Positions 14,473 through 26,700 of a stretch of DNA of 64,000 nucleotides are shown here, one piece after another. A program made the position numbers and the translations under genes. The notes beneath the pieces were generated by a model. That model was not told the origin of the DNA and searched no databases. It saw only the letters and a program-made list of their open reading frames with translations. The first letter of the stretch is position 1. Every line of letters starts with the position of its first letter. Origin of the DNA: Macrostomum lignano (Eukaryota); assembly GCA_002269645.1 (NCBI GenBank), contig NIVC01003201.1, positions 11,226-75,225 of the forward strand, given 5' to 3'.

Positions 14473-14785
14473 TAATAATAATAATAATAATAATAATAAC
14501 TGCCCTAACGGGCAGATGTGCAACCGACAGCTCAGCCGCAGCAATTGCGCGGCGCATCTGAAGGCTGCGTACGGCTGTTCAGTCCAAGGACTGGGGGGGG
14601 GGTCGCCACACACAGCCTCAATTACCCCAGCTAATGCTGGCACCCATTTTACAGCTGGGTGAACTGAAGCAATGCAGAGTTAAGTGTCTTGCTCAAGGAC
14701 ACAAATTGTTTCAAGTGGGTCGAGAATCGAACCCCCGACCTTTCAGTCGCGAGTCTCACGCTCTAACCACCAGGCTACAACCCCC
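14473..14785 (-). mobile_element. tRNA-derived CORE-type SINE, copy 1 (full length, (TTA)n tail)
   Basis: A box (TAGCCTGGTGG), B box (GGTTCGATTC), MIR-core-like segment GTGTCCTTGAGCAAGACACTTAAC...CTGTAAAATGGG and a simple-repeat tail; four more copies in the window. Confidence 0.9.
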
Positions 14786-15204
14786 ACTGAAACTTTACAG
14801 TACTGACTCTGTGCGGGCTCTACTAACCGCAACTAAGTCTGCTTAACTTCCGATTTATTAGCATATATTGTTTAGTATGCAGCTTTGTTAAACAAAGACT
14901 ACACAACTCGCGAACTTGTGTTTCGGCAAGCCATTATTTAACTCAGCTATACATATTAATAAGTGCACTGTGTATGCATTTTGCCCAGAACAGATGTCAG
15001 TATTTTCACTCTTTTTGCACGCTACTAATGCAATGATAAAGATGAGAAATTAATATCTAGTGTATCTGGGTGAAAGTATATATACTCAGAAACATTGAGA
15101 TCAGCCACCCTAGAGCATTGAACTTCAGCTCACTACACTTCTAATTCAGGATGGCGGCTTTCAATGCTAAATGAGTACATAGCAAAAATACTCTCTGGTT
15201 TCCT

Positions 15205-18200
15205 CTAAAACAGGGACCCGCCACCCTCCGAGTCGCTCCCCCTGTGGTCACTCTCCTCCTCGACAATCTTGCAATAGGAATTCTTCCTCGTGTAGCTGTC
15301 CTCGGCAGCCGCCGAGCCGGAGTGGGAGGCGGCGGCGTCGGGAAAAGCGGGCCCGACCGGGCTGAGGGCGGCGTGCCGGAGCCGCGAGTTGCCGGGCGCG
15401 GGGGTGTAGCGCACGGGCTGGGCGGGGTCCAGCACCGAGCAGGCGTAGTGGTTGGAGACCCGGGCGAATCTGGCAGGCGGCTCGCCCTGGCTCTGGCCCG
15501 CGGCCGACTGAGGGACGCCCAGTATGGGGCTGCCGACTGGCGATGAAGCCAAGCGGAGGCTGCGCTCGTGGCCGAGATCGTCCGAGAACGTCAGCTTGAG
15601 AATTGGCTTCAGGGCCGGTTCAGCCCGAGCCGCCGCCGTCGCGGCCGGGCCGCTCATCACGGATGTCATCTCCAGGTCCGTCAGCGAGGACTTGGCGGCG
15701 GCCGAGGCCTTCTTCCGCGTCGATCCGTTGGATGCTACGAAGGCTTTGTGCCGCTGCTGCCGCTGCTGCTGTCTTGGCGACGTCGGCTGCGAGGTTGAGG
15801 CCGCGCCAGAGCTGCTAGCGCCCGACGTTGAGCCGTCGGCCGCTGCCTGGCGTCGACGCATCTGTCGGCGTCTGCGACCGCGGCAGAGGAAGCAGATTAG
15901 GACAGCGGAGAGTCCGAGGATGACGGCGCTGCAGACGGAGCCGGTGGCCACGCCGGCAATGTAGTGCCAGGGAACGCCTGCGGTTTGAGAGCAGCGGCTC
16001 ATTGACTGAGCACTACAGGTATGGCTACCGTATGAAAGACCTCGTCTGCCTACTATGCCTCCTGCCTTATGCCATTTCCGACACCAATTACTGCACCTTC
16101 CACCATCAGTACCAGCTAGTTCTTGGCGTTTTCACACTGACTCAGAGGCCGCAGCATACAATCCACGATACCCACCCACACCAACCACCACAGACGCCAA
16201 AACCCTCGAACCACAACACCCACCTCAAAACACATCCACCCCAAAACACATCCCAGGCCGATCAATCCAAAACGCCCACCCTACAATACAAACTTCACAA
16301 CAACACCAAATCAGAATTAATACCTTTCTGTATAAGCCACGTAGCAATACCACTCAAAACCCAAAACAACCCAGCCTCTGCTGTCACTCACAGTCCTCTT
16401 CATCCGAGGTCTCAATATGCGAGCAGCTCTGTCGGCCGTCGCATCTGGCGCTTGGATGAAGGCAGTACCTGGGCAGCCGGGTGCAGCTGAGGCCCGCTGA
16501 GTCGCGGCATTGCACAGCACCGCGGCATAGGTAGCCCGGGCAAGCGGCTGTAAGGGAGTGATGATTGATAGGGGATGAATGACAGGTGACGAGTCAAAGT
16601 TCACGAGTGACAAGTGATGATTGACAGGTGACGAGTCAAAGTTCACGAGTGACAGGTGATGATTGACAGGTGACGAGTCAAAGTTCACGAGTGACAGGTG
16701 ATGATTGACAGGTGACGAGTCAAAGTTCACGAGTGACAGGTGATGATTGACAGGTGACGAGTCAAAGTTCACGAGTGACAGGTGATGATTGACAGGTGAC
16801 CAGTCAAAGTTCATGAGTGACAGGTGACGACTGACAGGTGACCAGTCAAAGTTCACGAGTGACAGGTGATGATTGACAGGTGATGATTGACAGGTGACCA
16901 GTCAAAGTTCATGAGTGACAGGTGATGATTGACAGGTGACGAGTCAAAGTTCATGAGTGACAGGTGATGACTGACAGGTGACCAGTCAAAGTTCACGAGT
17001 GACAGGTGATGATTGACAGGTGATTATTGATAGGTGACGAGTCAAAGTTCATGAGTGACAGGTGATGATTGACAGGTGACGAGTCAAAGTTCATGAGTGA
17101 CAGGTGATGACTGACAGGTGACCAGTCAAAGTTCACGAGTGACAGGTGATGATTGAAAGGTGATAAGTGACAGGTGACGAGTAAAGTTCATGGGTGACAG
17201 GTGATGATTGACAGGTGATGATTAATAGGTAATGAGTGAATGCTGATGAGCTTACCGAGGAGTGACAGACACCAGCTTACCGAGGAGTGAAAGACACCAG
17301 CTTACCGAGGAGTGAAAGACACCAGCTTACCGAGGAGTGACAGACACCAGCTTACCGAGGAGTGAAAGACACCAGCTTACCGAGGAGTGAAAGACACCAG
17401 CTTACCGAGGAGTGAAAGACACCAGCTTACCGAGGAGTGAAAGAAACCAGCTTACCGAAGAGTGACAGACACCAGCTTACCGAGGAGTGAAAGACACCAG
17501 CTTACCGATGAGTGAAAGACATCAGCTTACCGAGGGGTGAAAGACACCAGCTTACCGAGGAGTGAAAGACACCAGCTTACCGATGAGTGAAAGACATCAG
17601 CTTACCGAGGAGTGAAAGACACCAGCTTACCGAGGAGTGAAAGACACCAGCTTACCGAGGAGTGAAAGACACCAGCTTACCGAGGAGTGAAAGACACTGG
17701 CATAATCTCAGCAGAGCTCACATGAATCCTGATGATCTTTCAGCGTTGCCGTGAACATTAGCTCAAAGCTCGACTTCGCTTCTAACGACTTCGCTTCACC
17801 AAAGAATCTGAAATTGTTTTTTTTGTACTTTCTGGTCTCAAAGTCTGACTACAAAAGCAATGTGTTCGGCACGTCCCCCCGCTCTACGCATTGCCAATTC
17901 GTGATTTTTTCTGAAACTCATAAATTATAAAGTTTGCCTTCACACCTGCTGCTTCTCAATAATTGCAGAAAGCTCCCAAAGAAAAGGCAATTGTTTGAGC
18001 AGCGTATCTATAGCCATAAATCCTATAAATAAGGCTAATTTCTTCGCTAAGCCCGCCCTGGACGCCGTGACGCCGCAGTGGGCGTTCCGCACAGTTGTTG
18101 CTGGGTCTATAAAAGGACGGGAGCGAGATTTTTAATTAACCACCGACTCCCCGCTGCTCAAATTGGGGAGGTGGGCGCCAAAAGTCAGCCCCCAGCTACC

Positions 18201-21200
18201 GGCCCGGGGCAACTGGAAGGCACACAGGGGATTGCAGAAGAAGAATATTCAAATAAAAAAACTTGCCTCGCCCCCCCCCCAGGGCGGTGGCTGGTCGGAG
18301 GGTCCTATCCCTGTGCGCTGCCGTATGCGCGAGCTCAGAGTCCTCTGCTCCAAGCTGAAGGCCTGAGAAAGCTGAAAGCTCAGCCCCGACGGAGACACCG
18401 GGTGGGAGGGCCAGGAAGCCGGGGCGGTTTTTTTGTCTCCCCTCCGCTTTCTCAGTCCTCCCGCAGGCTTTTTTTAATTCCTTTGCTGTCTAATCCCCGG
18501 GTCTGAGAAGGAAAATTGGAAGCGAAGGACTTGAGAATAAACGGCGTTCATAATGAAATCATGAAGTCCGCGGCGCTTAAAGTAGAATTCCAATTTAAGA
18601 GAAGCTAGCTTGTTTGGAAATAAGGACGAAGGAATCAACAGTGTGAAATGCTAGAGAGCTCATTTATGAAGATCCCAGAGGACCTGAGGGAGTTGTGGCG
18701 CCAATTGAAGGGCCCGAGAGAGTTGTGGCGCCAACTGAAGGACCTAAGAGAGCTGTAGCGCCAATTGAAGGGCCTGAGAGAGTTGTGGCGCCAACTGAAG
18801 GACCTAAGAGAGCTGTAGCGCCAACTGAAGGACCTGAGAGAGTTGTAGCGCCAAATGAAGGACCTAAGAGAGCTGTAGCGCCAATTGAAGGGCCTGAGAG
18901 AGTTGTGGCGCCAACTGAAGGACCTAAGAGAGCTGTAGCGCCAATTGAAGGGCCTGAGAGAGTTGTGGCGCCAACTGAAGGACCTGAGAGAGTTGTAGCG
19001 CCAATTGAAGGACCTAAGAGAGCTGTAGCGCCAATTGAAGGGCCTGAGAGAGTTGTGGCGCCAACTGAAGGACCTGAGAAAGTTGTAGCTCCAACTGAAG
19101 GACCTGAGAGAGTTGTAGCTCCAACTGAAGGACCTGAGAGAGTTGTGGCGCCAACTGAAGGACCTGAGGGAGTTGTGGCGCCAACTGAAGGACCTGAGAG
19201 GGTTGTGGCTCCAACTGAAGGATCTGAGAGAGTTGTGGCGCCAACTGAAGGACCTGAGAGGGTTGTGGCTCCAACTGAAGGACCTGGGGGAGTTGTGGCG
19301 TCAACTGAAGGGCCTGTGAGAGTTGTGGCGTCAACTGAAGGGCCTGTGAGAGTTGTGGCGTCAACTGAAGGGCCTGTGAGAGTTGTGGCGTCAACTGAAG
19401 GGCCTGTGAGAGTTGTGGCGTCAACTGAAGGGCCTGTGAAAGTTGAACTGAAGGACCTCAGAGAGTTGTGGCGCCAACTGAAGGACCTGAGAGAGTTGTG
19501 GCTTCAACTGAAGGACCTGAGAGAGTTGTGGCTTCAACTGAAGGACCTGAGAGAGTTGTGGCGTCAACTGAAGGACCTGAGAGAGTTGTGGCGTCAACTG
19601 AAGGGCCTGTGAGAGTTGTGGCGTCAACTGAAGGGCCTGTGAGAGTTGTGGCGTCAACTGAAGGGCCTGTGAAAGTTGAACTGAAGGACCTCAGAGAGTT
19701 GTGGCGCCAACTGAAGGACCTGAGAGAGTTGTGGCTTCAACTGAAGGACCTGAGAGAGTTGTGGCTTCAACTGAAGGACCTGAGAGAGTTGTGGCGTCAA
19801 CTGAAGGACCTGAGAGAGTTGTGGCGTCAACTGAAGGGCCTGTGAAAGTTGAACTGAAGGACCTGAGAGAGTTGTGGCTTCAACTGAAGGACCTGAGAGA
19901 GCTGTAGCGCCAATTGAAGGGCTTGAGAGAGTTGTGGCGCCAACTGAAGGTCACATTGTTCAAACTACATCGCAGACGGTGACTCACCTGATAAAGAGCA
20001 TCCGGTCTTCGCTCACGATTGACTCCGGATAGTGCGTCGACGCGCAGAATCTGTCTTTCGGCGTTTTCGACGCCGTTGGGAAAACGTCGAACACGGAGAT
20101 GTTGGCAGCCGAGCAGCTGGAGGCTGCAGTTGGTAGTTTGGGATGATTGCGACTGACTGACTGACTGACTGACTGACTGACTGACTGACTGACTGACTTG
20201 AGTGAGTGGGTGACTGACTGACTGACTTGAGTGAGTGGGTGACTGACTGACTGACTTGAGTGAGTGGGTGACTGACTGACTGACTTGAGTGAGTGGGTGA
20301 CTGACTGACTGACTTGAGTGAGTGGGTGACTGACTGACTGACTTGAGTGAGTGGGTGACTGACTGACTGACTTGAGTGAGTGGGTGACTGACTGACTGAC
20401 TTGAGTGAGTGGGTGACTGACTGACTGACTTGAGTGAGTGGGTGACTGACTGACTGACTTGAGTGAGTGGGTGACTGACTGACTGACTGACTTGAGTGAG
20501 TGGGTGACTGACTGACTGACTTGAGTGAGTGGGTGACTGACTGACTGACTTGAGTGAGTGAGTGACTGACTGACTGACTTGAGTGAGTGGGTGACTGACT
20601 GACTGCAAAAGTGGTCGATCAGATTTCAATGAGTTGCCTTATAAATGAAGCCAAAGATTTCGTTAGATTGATAAAATGATTAAGTAGACTATTCTTTGAT
20701 CGTTGATTTTCCATTGAGGTTACGTATGGCTTCAAGTCTTGAAACAACAAGTCAGTACTATAATATAGCCAATTTAATGAATCCCTTTATTTTGTAGCAT
20801 AGTCTGGGCGGCATCAATCTTAATCAATGCTTTGCACTTTTAAAAGAAAATCCACTCCTAGAAGCAGCAGTAGAAAAGAGTTCCGAGAGTTCATCAGATC
20901 AGCAGCTATCGATGCCAAACAAGCTTGGACCGACAACTTCCTCTGGAGATCCGCCATGGCGTCCCTCCCCTCCGCAGCCGGGGCTTTGTGAGCCCGTGTA
21001 GAGCTTGAATAGCAAAAATGCTGCTGAGAGAGAGGGAAGGAGTCAGAATTGAGCAGGCAGAGGGCGGAGGCAAGCAGGAGTCTGCTCAACAATCCTGCGC
21101 ATACGATGCGAATTCCCTGCTCCAGGAAGTGAGGGCGACATCACGATACCAATGCTAAGTCAGCCTGAATTATCGAGGTCACCAGGAGTGATTTATGACT

Positions 21201-23691
21201 GTCAAGGCAAGCATGGCAGCTACCGTTAATAAGATGTTTTTACGGCAGTTTGTGAGGCTTCAGCTGTGCTAGAAGTGACGGAAATCCCGCTAATCACCTG
21301 CTTTGCCGAAGTTGAATTTGGTCAGGGTTAGCAGAATTTGCCAGTTCTCTGGCACTTGGATGATCCAGGCGCATCGGACATTGTCGGCCACGGTGGATGG
21401 GTAGCCCTGGAAGCTGGGCGAGCTGATGACGCCGGAGGCGCCGCTGTAGAAATCTTTGCCGCAGCGGGGGTCATTGTTCTCGGCTCTGGCGAGATCCTCT
21501 GATTGGTTCGGGGGGATGAAAGAAGTAGCGATTCATTCAATTTTTATCAACTTGGCTGACCGATACTGAGATGAGTCAGTCAGATGACTCAGACGAGTCA
21601 GAAATTTAGATAAGTCATAGACCCAGATGAGTCGTAGACTCAGATGAGCTAGAGACGCAGATGAGCTAGAGACCCAGATGAGTCAGAGACTCAGATGAGC
21701 TAGAGACGCAGATGAGCTAGAGACGCAGATGAGCTAGAAACCCAGATGAGCTAGAAACCCAGATGAGCTAGAAACCCAGATGAGCTAGAAACCCAGATGA
21801 GCTAGAAACCCAGATGAGCTAGAAACTCAGATGAGCTAGAGACCCAGATGAGTCAGAGACTCAGATGAGCTAGAAACCCAGATGAGCTAGAAACCCAGAT
21901 GAGCTAGAGACCCAGATGAGTCAGAGACTCAGATGAGCTAGAAACCCAGATGAGCTAGAAACCCAGATGAGCTAGAGACCTAGATGAGTCAGAGACTCAG
22001 ATGAGCTAGAAACCCAGATGAGCTAGAAACCCAGATGAGCTAGAAACCCAGATGAGCTAGAAACCCAGATGAGTCAGAGACTCAGATGAGCTAGAGACTC
22101 AGATGAGCTAGAAACCCAGATGAGCTAGAAACCCAGATGAGCTAGAAACCCAGATGAGCCAGAAACTCAGATGAGCTAGAAACCCAGATGAGCTAGAAAC
22201 CCAGATGAGCTAGAGACCCAGATGAGCTAGAAACCCAGATGAGCTAGAAACCCAGATGAGCTAGAAACCCAGATGAGCTAGAGACCCAGATGAGCTAGAA
22301 ACTCAGATGAGCTAGAAACCCAGATGAGCTAGAAACCCAGATGAGCTAGAAACTCAGATGAGCTAGAGACCCAGACGAGTCATAGACACAGATGAGTCAT
22401 AGCTTCGGATAAGCCATCAACCCGGATGAGCTAGAGAGCCAAATGATTGACAGAACTAGATGAGTCATACCCGTAGGATTGGATAAGTTATGAATCCAGA
22501 TGAAATATAGACACTCAGATGGGTCACCAACGAATTTGATTGATTTATTCATTCAACTAGAGTGTAAATACATTTAGAATTTTAATTTTATCCGCAATAC
22601 TCACCAATGCGAATGAAGTGATACTTAAGCTGGAAGCCCCTGTACTCTTCCCATCGGATCTGCGAGCTGTGGAATCTCAGCTGCACCCAGTTACTGGCCG
22701 ATATGATGGTGCCAATCTTAGCTGAGCCACAGGCGTTCTCCATTAGCAGAGTTGGCCGGCCTTGCACTATGTTCTTCAGAGAGATGTAGTCCTGGTAGCA
22801 GCTGAGGGAGTGGCGCTTGTGTAAGTAAACTTCAAGTAAACGGCGCTCTGATGTGCCAGCGGCCCAGGCTCGATTCCAAGTGCAGTCGCATTCATTTGGC
22901 TCTGCTCGTGCAATTAACACCCTTGAAGGCCAACCCCCAAGGCACAGTGAAGTGTACATGCCTAACGATAAATAAAGTTAGGGCCGCTGTACACTCCTGT
23001 GTGAGTGTGTGCCTGTGCGTAGGACTGCGTACGTATCCGCGCGCTTGTGTGCCTGCTCAGGGGAGTCTTCGGAATGGGCAGCAATGCCTCTCGCCGGTTG
23101 TGCGACAATGTCGCTTAGAGTGCACCAGGCTGCACACAGCCCCCTGTTTCCAATAAAAAAATCGTCATTAGACTCGGACTCAGCGTTTTGAGATGCTGGC
23201 GGACCAGCATGTTCGCTTCCAAGTAGCCTTTATCCATTAATATCCAAACTAGAAGACTTGTTCAGCATTCCTTTTAAAACGCCTATATCATTGACCAACC
23301 TTCAGGTGAGGCGAACCTTTCAACGCGATAGGATCCGCACTAAGCAAATTTGAAGCTTGCCATGCTCAAATAGGTAACAGAGGAACTTGTGGAAGCAGCA
23401 GAAAATATTCATGCCTGGCTGAAGCGCCCAACACCCTGTGAAGTCTTGCGGCTCAGGACTGGACTCGGGATAAGCAGCGGCAGCCCCAGCGACTAATCCC
23501 AGGGATCCCGGCGGCCAGTTCGTTGCCTTCTGCTTCCCTTCGCTCCCATGGCCAGCCCATAGTTTGTCGGATTAGCCCGCGCACCCACCTCCCCATGGCG
23601 GCCTCTCTCGGTCCCCGATGATAAGGGCGACGGCGGCGGATAAAGAAGGAGAGGCTATAACTTCATTTTGCCGAGCAGCAGTTCCCCAGGT

Positions 23692-23745
<54 letters not shown>

Positions 23746-26700
23746 CCCAGTTGTTGGAACGAGAAGGCGCTATGAGCAGCCACAAGCCTTGGATTGCTGC
23801 GGTACTGCCTGATTTTGTTGGTTTGCTGGCCTCAGCCCGGTCTCGTTTTCGCATTGAAATTCTCCCTCTATGCCCTTTCCCCCTCCCTGTCTCACTTCCT
23901 CTCGCAATCAGCTCGACAAGGACTAAGCAATAAAACCCGGCCGACCGAGCTGTAATGCGCTTAGTTAGCCGTGGCCTTGGATTTCGAATTTTTGACGCTT
24001 TTTTGGTTCGCGGGCAGTGGGGAGGCCAATCTTCGTAGATTTATTGCGACATCAGTGTGGCGAAAGAGTGTTCGGAGAAGTAGACGATAAAAATATAGCG
24101 AAAATTGGTCGTGAATTCGGTAAGGGAATTAGACTGGGCAGCTTTGACACACGAGATTTTTGGCTTCTATTAGCGTCCAAGTGGCAGTCAGCGTCACTTT
24201 GAATAACGTCTACTGTATTTAGCCACGTACTAACCGAGGCCAACTTTGCTTAACTTTCAAGTGATTCACTGAGACTCACAGCACAGACTCAGCCAGGTGA
24301 ATGTCAATAAAGTTGAGCACCACCCGCTCGTTGGGGGAGCCGATGATGTCGTAGGTGCAGTCGGTCAGCGGCAGGTAGCCGGAGCCGTCGTAACCTGGCG
24401 ACTTGATGACCCCGGCCGACTGTTCTGCGCTGCTGAACCTGGTGACCCCGCAGCCGCCTGCAATGATGAGATGGGGCATTTTAGCTTAGTGTGTTGACTG
24501 GTTCACAGAGAGAGCTGTGCATGTACAGCTGCGCTGACTTTCGCATAGTTAGGCATGTACACTCTCTGCCCTTGGGAATGTATTTTTGTCTAGATACTCG
24601 GAAAAATTAAACCAAGGAATACTATTGCTGAAACAGGGGGAACGAACCATGACAGCTTGCCAGGTCCCCGCACTATTTAAGTAGAAACTGATGGGTTGTA
24701 GCCTCGTGGTTAAAGTGTCGGACTCACGACTTGAAGGTCGGGGGTTCGATTCTCGATCCCACTAAAACAATTTGTGTCCTTTAGCAAGACACTTAACTCT
24801 GCATTGCTTCAGTTCACCCAGCTGTAAAATGGGTGCCAGCATTAGCTGGGGTAATTGAGGCTGTGTGTGGCGACCCCCCAGTCCTTGGACTGAACAGCCG
24901 TACGCAGCCTTCAGATGCGCCGCGCAATAGCTGCGGCTGAGCTGTCGGTTGCACATCTGCTCATTAAGAGCAGGTGTGTTCAATTATTTGATTATTTTTT
25001 ATTATAAGAAACTGAATGACATCGTGACGACTTGCTGGGAGATGAGAGAGACGCTCCCGGCTGTGTCAGTGCTACTTCAGCAGAGAGGAGGGCGGTGACT
25101 ACTCCGAGTTGCTTGCATATCACACACGAAGTGACTAAATTCCTGCCTCCAAATAATAATTATTGTTTTCTATAATATACCTCATCTGAAGGCTGCGTAC
25201 GGCTGTTCAGTCCAAGGACTGGGGGGTCGCCACACACCCTCAATCACCCCAGCTAATGCTGGCACCCATTTTACAGCTGGGTGAACTGAAGCAATGCAAA
25301 GTTAAGTGTCTTGCTCATGGACACAAATTGTTCGAGATCGAGAATCGAACCCCCGACCTTTCAGTCGTGAGTCTGACGCTCTGACCACTAGGCTACAACC
25401 CCTACCACTTCCAAAAATTTCACAAATCACCGGGGTCGCGCAGAAATCGATTGAGAAGAAAAACTGCGGTGCTTCCATTGTGAGGGACGAGCAACAGACA
25501 TTGTTGAAGATTTTCCTCCCACGGGGACTGGAGGCGGGGAGCAGGCAGTCGGATTGGGCGTTTCGCCACCCCCCCCCTCCCCAGTCCCCAGTCTCCGAGC
25601 ACCAATTCGGTTTAGCTAATGGGAATAATAAATTTTCTCCCATGCTGCAGGCCTTTGCCTCTTAGCACTTAGCACCTGATGCTCGCTTGGCTGTTGATTG
25701 CATTTTCTGGGCCGCTTCCCGCTGCCCACGTTTCAGCCGCCACTAGCAGAAATTGTTGCTCGGGCGAATGGCGAGTATTTGCTATATATCGGGATGTATA
25801 CATGTTTATATAGGAGTAGAGTAGTTGTTAGGATGGAAATAGGAATGGAAAGGGAGAAAAAGGCGTGAGAGCGAGATAAAGCTGTGAGAGGTAGATAAAG
25901 GTGCGAGAGAGAGATGTAGGTATGAGATGGAGATGAAGGTGTGGGGGGAGATTAATGTGAGAGTGAGATGAAAGTTAGAGGAAAATTAAGGAGTGGGATG
26001 CAGGCGAGAGTGAGGTGAAGGTGGGAGGGAGATGCAGGTGAGAGTGAGGTGAAGGTGGGAGGGAGATGCAGGTGAGAGTGAGGTGAAGGTGGGAGGGAGA
26101 TGCAGGTGAGAGTGAGGTGAAGGTGTGAGGGAGATGCAGGTGAGAGTGAGGTGAAGGTGAGAGGGAGATGCAGGCGAGAGTGAGGTGAAGGTGGTAGGGA
26201 GATGCAGGCGAGAGTGAGGTGAAGGTGGTAGGGAGATGCAGGCGAGAGTGAGGTGAAGGTGAGAGGGAGATGCAGGCGAGAGTGAGGTGAAGGTGAGAGG
26301 GAGATGCAGGCGAGAGTGAGGTGAAGGTGAGAGGGAGATGCAGGCGAGAGTGAGGTGAAGGTGAGAGGGAGATGCAGGCGAGAGTGAGGTGAAGGTGAGA
26401 GGGAGATGCAGGCGAGAGTGAGGTGAAGGTGGGAGGGAGATGCAGGTGAGAGTGAGGTGAAGGTGGGAGGGAGATGCAGGCGAGAGTGAGGTGAAGGTGG
26501 GAGGGAGATGCAGGTGAGAGTGAGGTGAAGGTGGGAGGGAGATGCAGGTGAGAGTGAGGTGAAGGTGGGAGGGAGATGCAGGTGAGAGTGAGGATAAGGA
26601 GTGAGGGAGCTACCTTTCTCTTGGAACTCATATCGAATCCGGAAGCCATTCGAGGTCCTGTCCTGCAGCGCGCTGTAGTTGCCGTACTCAGCGTAGAGCA

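Noticed and set aside
15978-16012. Upstream acceptor/ATG for the last CUB-gene exon (ORF start 16002)
   Set aside because: Phase mismatch; the acceptor at 15977 completes the LDLa DEEDC motif.
17241-17275. CTGATGAG followed by repeats (hammerhead-like start)
   Set aside because: No stem II closing onto GAAA and no compatible stems I/III.
17251-17697. CRISPR-like regular repeats
   Set aside because: No unique spacers; eukaryotic minisatellite. The same applies to all other arrays in the window.
20820-21092. Signal-peptide-like ORF (possible neuropeptide)
   Set aside because: Starts at TTG, lies in an intron, and lacks dibasic/amidation repeat structure.
24693-24770. tRNA genes at SINE heads
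   Set aside because: Acceptor and anticodon stems pair poorly and each head continues into the same CORE body, so these are SINEs, not tRNAs.
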